Shown: positions 50,601 to 62,070 of the stretch, piece after piece
Position numbering within the stretch: the stretch's first letter is position 1
How the letters are laid out: every line of letters begins with the position of its first letter
Source: Malacoraja senta
Taxonomy: Eukaryota
Assembly: GCA_038087875.1 (NCBI GenBank)
Contig: CM075988.1
Span: 1,860,001-1,924,000, forward strand
Length of the DNA stretch: 64,000 nt
Direction of reading: 5' to 3'
Made by a program: the position numbers and the translations under genes
Notes under the pieces: model-generated
What the model saw: only the letters and a program-made list of their open reading frames with translations
Told to the model about the DNA's origin: nothing
The model's database searches: none

Positions 50601-51368
50601 TGCCAGAAATTCTGCCGAAAACAGGTGACAGACTCTGTGAGCAAGAAGGGGGAGAGGGTGGACAATCAATTTTAGACATTTTCATATTTTTTTACAGATC
50701 ACAACATTGAAGAAGGAAAGTCTATCCTTGCATGGATCTCTGGAGTGCTAGTATGTGTGTTGTGCGCTGAAGGGACTGGTTTCCAGAGGGCTGGTATGGA
50801 CATTGTGGACTGAATGGATTCTTGGACTTGCAGTTCACTAAGTCATGACTGGTGGGCTGGCCCTTCAGTCACTTACAGCTGGTGGGCTGGCAGTTCACTT
50901 ACTCATGGCTGGTGGGCTGGCAGTCCAGTCACTCACGACTGGTGTGGTGGCAGTTCACGCAGTGACCCCTCCTCCCTTCATCCCCCACTCTGTTCCTTGC
51001 CATTCTCCTCCCCCCCCACGCATTCAGTCTATCTCCCCTCAACCTGCCCCCCATGCACTCTTAGTGTCTCTCCGACAGCGCAGCCATTCCTGCCTATTAG
51101 GTTCCCATTGTGATGAAGAACTCGCAGGCATGGCAAGTGGAAAAAGGATTTATTAAAGTTTAAAATGTGAATGACTCTTAAAATATAACAACAATTTAAA
51201 TGTTAAAGATGAGATTTATTAAGTTCTTTCTTGTTGTGTCTCTTGTGTGTTCTGCCGCTCACTGCCTCTTGATGCCTCTTTGCTGTTGATTAAAAAAAAT
51301 ACAATTTTAATTTAGCGGTCAAATTTTAACAAAGAAAATCTGAGAATTTACCTCAAAAGTCATCATTC

Positions 51369-51850
51369 AGTGCAGGCCTGCAAATCCAATCTCACAGCAC
51401 TTGAAGCGGAGTGCAGGTCGCAAATCCAACCTCACAGCACGGGAAGCAGAGTGCAGGCCGCAAATCCAATCTCACAACACTCGAAGCGGAGTGCGGGCCG
51501 AAAATCCAATCTCACAGCACTCCAAGCAGAGAGCAGGCAGCAAGTCCAAACTCACAGCACTCCAAGGAGAGTGCAGGCTGCAAGTCCAACCTCACAGCAC
51601 TCCAAGCAGAGTGCAGGCAGCAAGTCCAACATCACAGCAAGCAGAGTGCAGGCAGCATATCCAACCTCACAGCACTCCAAGCAGGGTGCAGGCAGCAAGT
51701 CGAACCTCACAGCACTCCAAGCAGGGTGCAGGTAGCAAGTCCAACCTCACAGCACTCGAAGCAGAGTGCAGGCAGCAATTCCAACCTCACAGCACTCCAA
51801 GCAGAGTGCAGGCCAGTAAATCCAATTTCACAGCATTTCAAGCAGAGTGC
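51369..51850. repeat. 40-bp minisatellite GCAGAGTGCAGGCAGCAAGTCCAACCTCACAGCACTCCAA, about 12 units
   Basis: Period 40 is clear at 51661-51810. Confidence 0.95.
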
Positions 51851-52100
51851 ACACAAATACACTCACACACACACATACACTCACACACACATACACTCAC
51901 ACAAACACTCACACACACACACCATATATATGGCAGTAAACTTTTTTGAATACTCAAACGGCTCAGTGTGGCGTCTCCACTTGGGCCTTCGGCAGTCAGC
52001 ACACTTCCGCATTCAGCATGACCTCTGCACTCACCGGAAATTACGTGTCATTCAACGTGACCTGTCACCTACGTCACGGGACTCTTACAGTCTGATCTAA

Positions 52101-52257
52101 TAAACCACACTTTTTAAAACCACACTTTTTAAAACCACACTTTTTAAAACCACACTTTTTAAAACCACACTTTTTAAAACCACACTTTTTAAAACCACAC
52201 TTTTTAAAACCACACTTTTTAAAACCACACTTTTTAAAACTACACTTTTTAAAACAC
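52101..52257. repeat. 15-bp tandem AAAACCACACTTTTT, about 10 units
   Basis: Near-perfect array. Confidence 0.97.
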
Positions 52258-52612
52258 ATAAGTAGACACTCAGTGTTGTGTAGGTTCGCAGCTCAGAGTC
52301 GTGACCTCTCCCTCGCCATCTTGCAGACAGACAGAGCCACGTCCAGGCTTCTGGGTTTTATAGCCGCTCCCCCATCTCCTGGAAGGAGCGTGGCCTTCAT
52401 GGCAGTGATTGACAGGAGAGAGAATCTCAACATTTTTTAAACACTAATAACTGTTTTATTTTTCATCGTGGGAAAAATCCTCGGCACCTAATGAGTGGAG
52501 GGGACCCTGAGTAAGATGGCCAAAATCACAGCCATAAGTGGTAGTGTTTTTTCTAAAATCAAAGCACAGTGCAAACAGGAAGTGGTCAAGATGAGGCTTT
52601 TAATTATATAGA

Positions 52613-55077
52613 TGTTAAAATCAAAACGCTGCAGCTGCATCATCATCCGTTGCAGATGAACAGGAGCAGCGTGAATGGGTTTATTCAAGATGGTGACCAG
52701 CAGCTGGTGGTCTGTTTCTATAACCACAGACTTCCCAAAAATAAAGTCTTTGAATTCTGTGCAGGCGAAAACCACTGCAAGCAATTCTTTTTCAATCTGG
52801 GCGTAAGGTTGTTCAGTATCAGTTAGTGTGCGAGAGGCGTGAGAAACAGGCTTGCAGTTGCCATCAACAGCGGTCTGCAGGCAAGCAGCACCAAGTCCGT
52901 ACTGGGTCGCGTCACATGTGAGCGTTACGGGTAACTCCAAAGTGAAATAGGCGAGGGTAGGTGCGCTGGCCAGCTGCAACTTAAGGATATCAAAAGCTCT
53001 TTGGTGTTGCGGATACCAGGACCATGCAGTGTCTTTGTGTGTCAGTTCCCGCAGGGGGGCAGATATATCGCTGAGGTTGGGAATATATTTCCCCAGGTAG
53101 TTGACCATTCCAAGGAACCTTTGTAGACTAGTAACGTCAGTAGGAACCGGTATTTCGTTGATAGCAACCGTTTTTGATGGGTCTGGTCTGAGACCATCAC
53201 TTGTGAAAACATGTCCGATGTAGGTAACTTCCGGGACCCAAAATTTGCACTTCAGGAGATTGAGTTTGAGCTGAATGTCTTTGGCATGGTCCAGCACTTT
53301 CTTCAGATTAGCATCATGCTCAGCCAAGTCGTGCCCGTAGACGAGAATGTCATCAACAATAATGGCGCATGGATACCCCGCAAACAGTTGTTCCATCATG
53401 CGCTAGAAAACCTTGCTGGCAGAGTTGATGCCAAAGGGCATTCTCAGGAATTTGTAACGGCCGAAGGGGGTGCCAACCTAGTAAGGTTGGACGAGTCTGG
53501 GTCCAGCGGAATCTGCCAAAATGAACTTTTGGCATCCAGGACGGAGAACACTGATGCGTTTCCTATTTGAGCAGCAACTTCCTCTACCATTCGCATAGGG
53601 TAGTGCGGGCGTTTGATAGCGGTGTTGAGATCCCTGGGTTTATGTAGCTATGGATTTCCTCCTTGTTCTTTTTCGTTGCAACCACCATGGTGGAAACCCA
53701 GTCAGATGGGTCAGTAACGTCAGCAATGACACCCAGGGAGACCATCCGCTTGAGCTCATTGTGTACTCTGTCATGCATGGCATGCGGAATACGATGTGGT
53801 GCTCGAACCACAGGAGTGGAACCCTCAGCGAGAACGAGTTGATGGACAGCGTGGCCAAAGTAGACTAGGCCTAGATCGTGGCATGCATTGATACCAAGCA
53901 GAGTTTCAGAATCCCCCTTGATGATAAAAAAAACTTTAGGGTATGAGACTGCGAGTCTATGATGCAGTTTAAATCAGTTTGTCCAAGCGGGTGTAGAACA
54001 TCACCCCCGTAGGCCCGAAGCGTTGCCGAGGCCTTTTCAACATGTTCAACATTACGTATTTTTTAACGCAGATAACGAGATGACATTGCATTTCACGCCG
54101 GTATCAATCTTTGCGATCACAGGCTTGTTACTCACAAACATGGTTACCTCAGTGTCAAGTTGCTCGTTAGAGGAAGGGAGGAGAGAGTGGATTGCTGAAC
54201 TGTCATCTGTACTTTCAGAGAGCTGAGCAGAGGATAGCTCCTCAAGCTCTTGGCTTTCGTTATCAGCAAACTCATGTTGTAACAGGTGCAAACTTGATCT
54301 TGAGATGGATGGAGTCGCACAGGAACGGCAACATTTTGCAAAATGGTTGAATTTCTTGCAGAAATTGCAAATTTTACCATGAGCAATACAGAACTTCCGA
54401 CCCAGAGCATGAGAATAGTTACAATAAGGACATCGAGCAGCAAACCTTCTTTGCTAGCAGGCTGGGGAAGACTGCGGACGCCTGTTACGACAGGAGGTGT
54501 CTGTAAGGTTGACACTATACTGTTGGCTAGAGATCGCAGACTTAGTGTGAGAAGCCGTTATCTCAGCAATCCGACAGGTGGGTCCGGCTTGATTAAGAGT
54601 CAGTTCAGTGGTACGAAGTAATTCGTCTCTCACCTTGTCACTGAGCATACCTCCAACGAGTTTGTCGCGGATCAATTCATCGCATAAATCTAAAAAATGA
54701 CAGCGTGCAGCCATGTGTTTCAAGTCTACTGGCTCGCCGATTTGTTGCTTATGAGCAAAAAACTTGTTACGCTCGATAATAGAGTTCGAGGGGAGGTCGC
54801 ACAACTGTCTAAACTTTGCAGGGTCATCAATCATTTCTGCAGGCACTTGAATCTGACCGTTTGCGTCTAAAACAGCAGGGTCAAAAGTAAAACGGTCCGC
54901 ACGTTTCATTGCCTTAGGACCAGCCAGGTTGAGTAACACAGAGGCACGTACATCTGAGGATCATTGCGATGAACAATGCGAATGTAGAGAATGTTACCCG
55001 CGCTCGAAAAGGCGCCAGCGTTCAGCAATGTCAGAGTCAAAGATCAGAGGACTAGGACGGCAAGGCGAGTTTGTCAT
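52613..55077 (-). pseudogene. Gypsy gag, protease, RT and RNase H
   Basis: ATG 55077; LIRDKLVGG; CPYC..H..C and CNFCKKFNHFAKCC knuckles; KIDTGVKCNV; AIIVDDILVYG; CDATQYGLGA, YAQIEKELLA, ETDH; frameshifted. Confidence 0.92.
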
Positions 55078-55590
55078 GATAGAGATAACAGGCACATAAA
55101 ACAAATATAAAAAACAAAACCCAATAAACGTGAACGGAGTAGGTAAGATTCACTTCTTGACACCATGTAATGAGTCGAGTCGTACACACGTCAAGATACA
55201 ACACATATTTATTAAAGTCTACTTACAGTATTGGTCTGCAGGACATTACAGTAACTAGCAGCTATTCAGACTGAATTACGTAAGCACGATCTTGGTAATA
55301 TAAATCGCATATTAGGCGGAGCAACTACTAACAAGCACTACAATTGGTTAGTAGGAAATAACCAATCTACAGTGTGGAAGATGAGGATGGCCAGTGTGGT
55401 ACCTTTATTTAAGAGGGACACCAGGGAAAAGCCAGGGAACTATGGGCCAGTGATTGGAGAAGTGATTGGAATGGAACTTGCGGGACAGCATTTACTTGCA
55501 GTTGGAAAGGCAATGATTAATTACGGATAGTTAGCATGCCTTTGTGCATGGGAAATAGTGTCTCACAAATTGGATTGTGTGTTTTAAGGA

Positions 55591-57301
55591 TGTTTAAGAA
55601 AGAACAGCAGATGCTGGAAAAATCGAAGGTAGACGAAAATGCTGCAGAAACTCAGCGGGTGAGGCAGCATCTATGGAGCGATGGAATCAGCGACATTTCG
55701 GGTCAAGAAGAAGGGTCTCGACCCAAAACGTTGCCTATTCGTGTTGTAAACACCTGTGCGGACCAACTGGCTGGAGTCTTTACGGACATTTTCAACCTCT
55801 CACTTCTGAGGTCTGAGGTCCCCACCTGCTTTAAAAGGGCATCAATTATACCAGTGCCCAAGAAGAGTAAGGTGACGTGCCTCAATGACTATCGACCTGT
55901 GGCACTAACGCCCGTGGTGATGAAGTGCTTTGTGAGGTTGATCATGGAGCAAATCAACTCCTACCTTGACAAAAACCTGGACCCACTGCAGTTCGCTTAC
56001 AGCCACAACAGCTCAACAGTGGATGCGATCTTGCTGGCCCTCCACTCCGCTCTGGACCACTTGGACAACAAAAACTCATATGTCAGGCTGTTATTCATCG
56101 ATTACAGCTCGGCATTTAACACAATCATCCCCTCCAAGCTGGTTACCAAACTCGCAGAACTGGGTCTCTGCGCATCCCTCTGCAATTGGATCCTCGACTT
56201 CCTCATTCACAGACCACAGTCTGTTCGTATTGGTGGAAAATGTGTCAGCCTCGATAACAATCAGCACGGGAGCACCTCAAGGCTGCGTGCTCAGCCCCCT
56301 GCTGTACTCACTCTATACTCATGACTGCGTAGCCGGTCACAGTGCGAACTCCATCATCAAGTTCGCTGACGACACCACTGTGGTGGGACGTATTACTGAT
56401 GGGGATGAGTCAGAGTATAGAAGAGAGATCGAGCAACTGTCCATATGGTGCCAGCACAATAACCTGGCCCTCAACACCAGCAAAACCAAGGAACTGATTG
56501 TGGACTTTGGAAGGAGTAGGATGGGGACCCACAGTCCCGTTTATATCAACGGGTCGATGGTTGAAAGGGTCAAGAACTTCAAATTCCTGGGGGTGCACAT
56601 CTCTGAAGATCTTTCCTGGTCCGAGAACACTAATGCAATTATCAAGAAAGCTCATCAGCGCCTCTACTTCCTGAGAAGATTACGGAGAGTCGGTTTGTCA
56701 AGGAGGACTCTCTCTAACTTCTGCAGGTGCACAGTAGAGAGCATGCTGACCGGTTGCATCGTGGCTTGGTTCGGCAACTTGAGCGCCCTGGAGAGGAAAA
56801 GACTACAAAAAGTAGTAAACACGGCCCAGTCCATCATCGGCTCTGACCTTCCTTCCATCGAGGGGATTTATCGCAGTTGCTGACTCAAAAAGGCTGGCAG
56901 CATCATCAAGGACCCACACCATCCTGGTCACACACTCATCTCCCTACTACCTTCAGGTAGAAGGTACAGGAGCCTGAAGACTGCAACAACCAGGTTCAGG
57001 AATAGCTACTTCCCCACAGCCATCAGGCTATTAAACCTGGCTCGGACAAAACTCTGATTATTAATAACCCATTATCTGTTATCTGCACTTTATCAGTTTA
57101 TTTATTCATGTGCTTATATATTTATATTATGGTATATGGACACACTGATCTGTTATGTAGTAAATGCCTACTATGTTCTGTGTGCTGAAGCAAAGCAAGA
57201 ATTTTATTGTCCTATCAGGGACACATGACAATAAACTCACTTGACTTGACTTGACTATTCCTTTGCTCCATAGATGCTGCCTCACCCGCTGAGTTTCTCC
57301 A
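55591..57301. mobile_element. Penelope-derived fold-back unit with a 14-bp TSD, split by Rex1
   Basis: GTGTGTTTTAAGGA at 55577-90 and 57302-15; arms 55591-55740 and 57255-57301. Confidence 0.8.
55741..57254 (+). mobile_element. Rex1/Babar LINE, 5'-truncated, nearly whole RT
   Basis: [46 protein letters not shown]; (CTTGA)n tail; CTATTC at 55735-40 and 57255-60. Confidence 0.95.
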
Positions 57302-58269
57302 GTGTGTTTTAAGGAGGTTACTCAAGAGGATTGATGAGGCAGTAAATGGGCTTTAGCAAGGTCTGGACAAGTTGCCATTAGTAGGCTGGTCTTACATTCC
57401 AGCATCTGCTGTCTCTTGTGTCTCCAGGTGCCTCATCAAGCCTGGAGTCCTGCAGCATTGCCTTCCTTTCCCTGTCCAGTTTGTGTGCGTCATTGTACCC
57501 TTTGTCGAATCCATCGAGAAGGTTGAGAGCATAGATTGGGTGTTGGCATGCAGAAGGGGCATCAGCAACTGTGACCATCTTGAGCTGGCATCAGGGACCA
57601 GGGTTACCGAAAGAGGAGCAAGGCCATGATCTTTGGACCCTGGCCCAACCGTTCAACCATCTCATTCACCATTAAATCTAACACCTGAAGATGCTGGGGA
57701 TCTGTTTTGGAGGGGCCAAGACTTCAAACAAAAATTGAATGGAATGGATAATTGTGGGAATGGCGCTCCCTCTCAATAATCCAGTCATTGTTTCTTAAGC
57801 TGGAAAGGTGCAGAAAATAATTACGAGGATGTTGCCAGGACTCTAGGGCCTGAGCTACAGGGAAAGGTTAAGCCGGGGCTCTATTCCTTGGGACATATGA
57901 GGCTGAGGGGTGATCTTATAGAGGTGCATATGAGGGAAATACTGTAGATTGGGTAGACGCACAGAGTCCTTTAGGCAGAGTAGAGGATTAAAGGACCGGA
58001 GGACATAGGTTTTAGGTGAGGGGGGGGGAAGATTTAATAGGAACCTGAGGGGCAGTTTTTTACACAAAGGGAACGAGCTGCTGGTGGAGGTAGTTGAGGC
58101 AGGTAATATCACAACGCTTAGGAAACATTTAGACAGGTTCATTGGTTGGACAGGTTTAGAGGGATATGAGCCAAACACAGGCAAATGGGACTAGTTCAGA
58201 TGGGACATGTTGGTCGGCATGGACAGGTTGGGCCGATGGGCCTGTTTCCACGCTGCATGACTCAATGTC

Positions 58270-59612
58270 CTATCAGGGGTGAGGTGCTGTCGATGTTGCT
58301 CCACAGAGCAGGTATTGCCCATTCCCCACTCCACCGCCCCGCTGATCCTACCTGAACTATCCTCCCGTCCATCAGGGGGTTCAGGAGGGAGTGGGTACGA
58401 TGAGTCACGATGTACAAATCCCTGGACAACGGAGCAAAAGTTTACCCCTCATCCTGACGGCCACCTTTGTGTGTGGCTGCATCAGGCTGTAGGTAGAGCC
58501 AAAGCACATGGACTCCAAGTGCCGTGTGCCCCATTTCCATGCAAGGTGCCAGTCAGCTGCAACTGCCGAACTAACCGTCCTTTGTGGAAAGGGTTTTCCA
58601 AACCAACATGTAATAAAAATGAACTGCAGATGCTGGCTTATACCAAAGACAGACAAAAAATGCTGGAGTAAATCAGCGGGTCAGGCAGCATCTCTGGAGA
58701 ACATGGTTAGGTCATGTTTTCAGTGGGGTCTGAAGATGGGCCCCCGACCAGAAACGTCACCTATTAATTTTCTCCAAAGATGCTGCCTGACCGGTGGTGT
58801 TACTCCAGCATTTTGTGCCTATCTTTACCAGGCTAACACCTTGAACCACAAGTCCACCAGACAGTTGTCCCCTTGGATCCTGAGCACAGTCCAGATCATT
58901 GGCAGAATGTCTCAGCGTAGCTCTCACCGTAAGCACCAAGGCCTCACGAGGCTGGTGGTGAGAGGGGCTCTCTGACAGGACCCTTCCTTGACAGTTAGAG
59001 TATCAGGTCCAGCGCACGCTGCCCTTGGGATGGCTGCGGTGGGGGAGACCGCTTAGTGGGCTGTCCATTTGCAGAGTGGGTCTGGAGAAGGAAGCAAGGA
59101 CCCTGGTCACGGTTCATCCCAAGCAACGGTGTAGCAGAGGACAAGCTGTTCCCTGCGACACACAGAGAGATGGACATCGAGTGCTGCTGGAAGGCCACCA
59201 GCTCTTTGGTCTGCCCGAAACCAATCGGTCTCCCCTCACAGCGAGACGGCCGTCAGGGAATGTTGCATTCCAGACTGCAGGAGTACCTGCTGAGGGACAC
59301 ACGGAAGTTCGGTGCAGCCAACACCAAGGCTCTGTGGGGCAGACCGCAGGCCAGGGTCCTACGGGCATTGGGGGGCCGGGTCTGGTGGGCAATCCCTCAG
59401 ACACAGGAGTTTGTGCGGGGGATGCATGAGTGGCAATGGTGCTGTAAACGCAACAGTGTGTGCACACCACTCATGTATAGAACCCACGGCACTGTGAATG
59501 TAGAGAGGAAACAGCACTATCAATGTCACGGGCCACACACTCAGCTTTACTTTTGTACTGACATATAATTGTTATTATGGACAAAGTTCATACTAAAAAT
59601 TAATAAAAAACT
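58270..59612 (+). mobile_element. Degenerate Tx1/L1-clade LINE 3' part, with a Penelope fold-back at ~58615-58825
   Basis: KHQGLTRLVVRGAL, CGGE..FAE..W, SRFIPS..IECCWK; A-rich tail. Confidence 0.55.
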
Positions 59613-59939
59613 AGCAGAAACACGCTAATGATGTCCGATACGGGATAAGCCCAGGCCACAACATTGATGAGAGAGAGATATCAAAGGAGATGTGAAAACA
59701 ATCACAGAGACATGTTACTGAAGCAATCGGAGTGTGACAGAATTCTAGACAATTAAGTATTGGATCCTGTTCAAGGAACAGTTTTGCCTGCGAGAGTAAA
59801 CAGGAATGGTGAGGATCGGGCAGCCTGCCACAGGGAGATGGGCTAGTGTTGGATGCAGCATTCCATATGGTTTTGAAAGGAACAGTGTTACAATAGCTCG
59901 GGAGTTGGAAGTTACGTACTGTCAAAGGTAAATAGTGGA

Positions 59940-60017
59940 TCAAATGTGGGATCAGGGAGGGACGGAGAGAGAGACAGAGAGTGACAAGAGTGAGAGGGGA
60001 GAGGGAGAGTGATGGGA

Positions 60018-60052
<35 letters not shown>

Positions 60053-60095
60053 AACAGTGAATGAGAGGGATCAAGAGGGAGAGAGAGAGAGATGG
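59940..60095. repeat. (GA)n microsatellite and purine-rich tract
   Basis: Pure GA run ~60021-60048. Confidence 0.9.
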
Positions 60096-61467
60096 AAACT
60101 AGCAACCAGGACACGATGGCACAATTCTATTTCAAATATAACCCTGCCCCTCCTCTCTTTCACCTGTCCCCCACCCCGATGCACACCCATTTTTCCCGCC
60201 ATCCCAGTCACCCTGCTCTTTCCCCCCTCCCCCGCCCCATGCACTCATCTCCCATCCCTAATTCCCATATATCCTTTTATTCCCTCTCTTTAGCCCTGAC
60301 CCCTTCCACCATATCCCTCCCTCCAGGTTTACATTTCACTACTCCTCGCCCTATCTGACACACTTCTGTCTCCATTCCATCTCTCACCTCTGTCACTATT
60401 TCCACCCATCTACCAATCACCCCCCTTGCCCATATCCACCTATCACTTGCCAGGCGTTGCCCCACCCCCACAGATGCTGCTGGACCGATCAGTTCCCTCT
60501 GCACTTTGTGGAGGGAATGGGGAGACGCGCGGGGTTGGGGGGGGGGGTGGGGGGGGGACAGATGGAGGGGGCGCTCTGCAGCCACGTCCGATAACTGGCC
60601 TGGTTCGCCACTGCAAGAAGATCGGACTGTCCGATTAACTTTTTGTAACTTTGTCGGCCCCAGAAAAGTGGCGACTCTTTGTGTGCTGCCGAGATGAAGT
60701 CTCCTGGATGATCTCACCAGATTGTATGCAAAAACAAAGAGTTTCACTACAGGTACCTGTGACAATAAAGTATCACTGAACCATTGAATGGAAGATGACG
60801 TTTCAGTCACGATCCTTGTTCAGACTGATGAAGTAGGGGTGAGAAAAGTGAAAAAGAGAGGTGGGGGTGGGACAACGCCTGGCATGTGATAGGTGGATAT
60901 GGGCAAGGGGGGTGATTGGCAGACGGGTAGAAATAGTGACAGAGGTGAGAGATGGAATGGAGACAGAAGGATGCCAGATAGGGCGAGATTAGTGAAATGT
61001 AAAATTGGAGGGAGGGATATGGTCAAGAATCCAGCATTTGTAATTCCTTGTGTCTGTATCTGTTCATCTTCCTGTTTTTTTGTGTGGGTTTTAAGAGTTT
61101 GACAATGCACTCTATTTGCAGTCCTTTTTAGCTATTCTTAGTTCAGGAGATTCCAAAGCAAAAAGTTGTTCCACTATCAACTGTATTACAAATGAATGCA
61201 CCAATATTTACAACAAGGGGCATTCCCACACTCACCTGTTCTGTACCAGCCCCTGATACTCGAGCCAACAATTGGCCTACCAAAGCACCCTGCCTGAGGT
61301 CATCTGTTGCCGGCCCTGATAGGTCCTGGTCTTTTCTTGCCACCAGTTCTTCTCCCCCCACCCTCTACTTTCAGTCTGAAGAAGGGTCCCAACCCGAAAC
61401 CAGAGATGCTGCCTGACCTGCCGAGTTGCTCCAGCACTTAATGTCTCCAGCATCTGTAGTTCTTTGT

Positions 61468-62070
61468 CATAGTCATAGAGTGATACAGTGTGGAACAGGC
61501 CCTTTGGCCCAACTTACCCACACCATCCAACATGTCCCAGCTACACTAGTCACACCTGCCTGCACTTGGTCCATATCCATCCAAAATTTCCTATCCATGT
61601 ACCTGTCTAACTGTTTCTTAAACGATGGGATAGTCCCAGCCTCAACTACCTCCTCTGGCAGCTTGTTCCATACACCCACCACCGTTTGTGTGAAAAAATT
61701 GACCTCTCAGATTCCTATTAAATCTTTTCCCCTTCACCTTGAACCTATGTCCTCTGGTCCTCGATTCCCCTACTCTGGGCAAGAAACTCTGTGCATCTAC
61801 CCGATCTATTCCTCTCCATGATTTGTACACCTCTATAAGATTATCTCTCATCCTCCTGCGCTCCGAATAGAGTCCCAGCCTACTCAACCTCTCCCTGTAG
61901 CTCAAACCCTCTAGTCCTGGCAACATCCTCGTAAATCTTTTCTGAACCCTTTCAAGCTTGACCATATATTTCCTATAACATGGTGCCCAGAACTGAACAC
62001 AATATTCTAAATGCAGTCTCAGCAACGTTTTATACAACTGCAACATGACTTCCCAACTTCTATACTCAAC
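61468..62070 (-). mobile_element. CR1 3' fragment
   Basis: EYRSWEVMLQLYKTLLRLHLEYCVQFWAP..VWNKLPEEVVEAG. Confidence 0.88.

Larger units (their letters stand above)
49181..52612 (-). mobile_element. Non-autonomous Helitron containing tandem arrays
   Basis: Minus strand 5' TCTATATA ... 3' CTAA; hairpin TGGGACC/GGTCCCA (49191-209) 10 nt from the 3' end; inserted between A and T with no TSD; removal rejoins Gypsy FDFNI-VY. Confidence 0.88.
45932..55371 (-). mobile_element. Full-length Gypsy LTR retrotransposon, Mag-like, with three nested inserts
   Basis: TG..CA LTRs 45932-46135 and 55166-55371; GTGTG TSD (45927-31, 55372-76); PBS TGGTGTCAAGAAGTG (minus, 55165-55151; tRNA-Leu-like); purine tract AAGGAAAGA next to the 3' LTR. 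Confidence 0.95.
45730..57390 (+). mobile_element. Old CR1 host split by Gypsy and by a Penelope/Rex1 insert (pieces 45730-45931, 55372-55590, 57302-57390)
   Basis: ..GGATGAGGTGTG joins GAAGATGAGGATGGCCAGTGTGGTACCTTTATTTAAG (cf. EVPEDWRMANVVPLFK); continuity is restored across both TSDs. Confidence 0.75.

Noticed and set aside
49389..52257. CRISPR-like arrays, or repeat proteins (258-aa, 229-aa and KKCGF ORFs)
   Set aside because: Contiguous tandem units with no unique spacers and no cas genes; the ORFs are stop-free translations of minisatellites in several frames.
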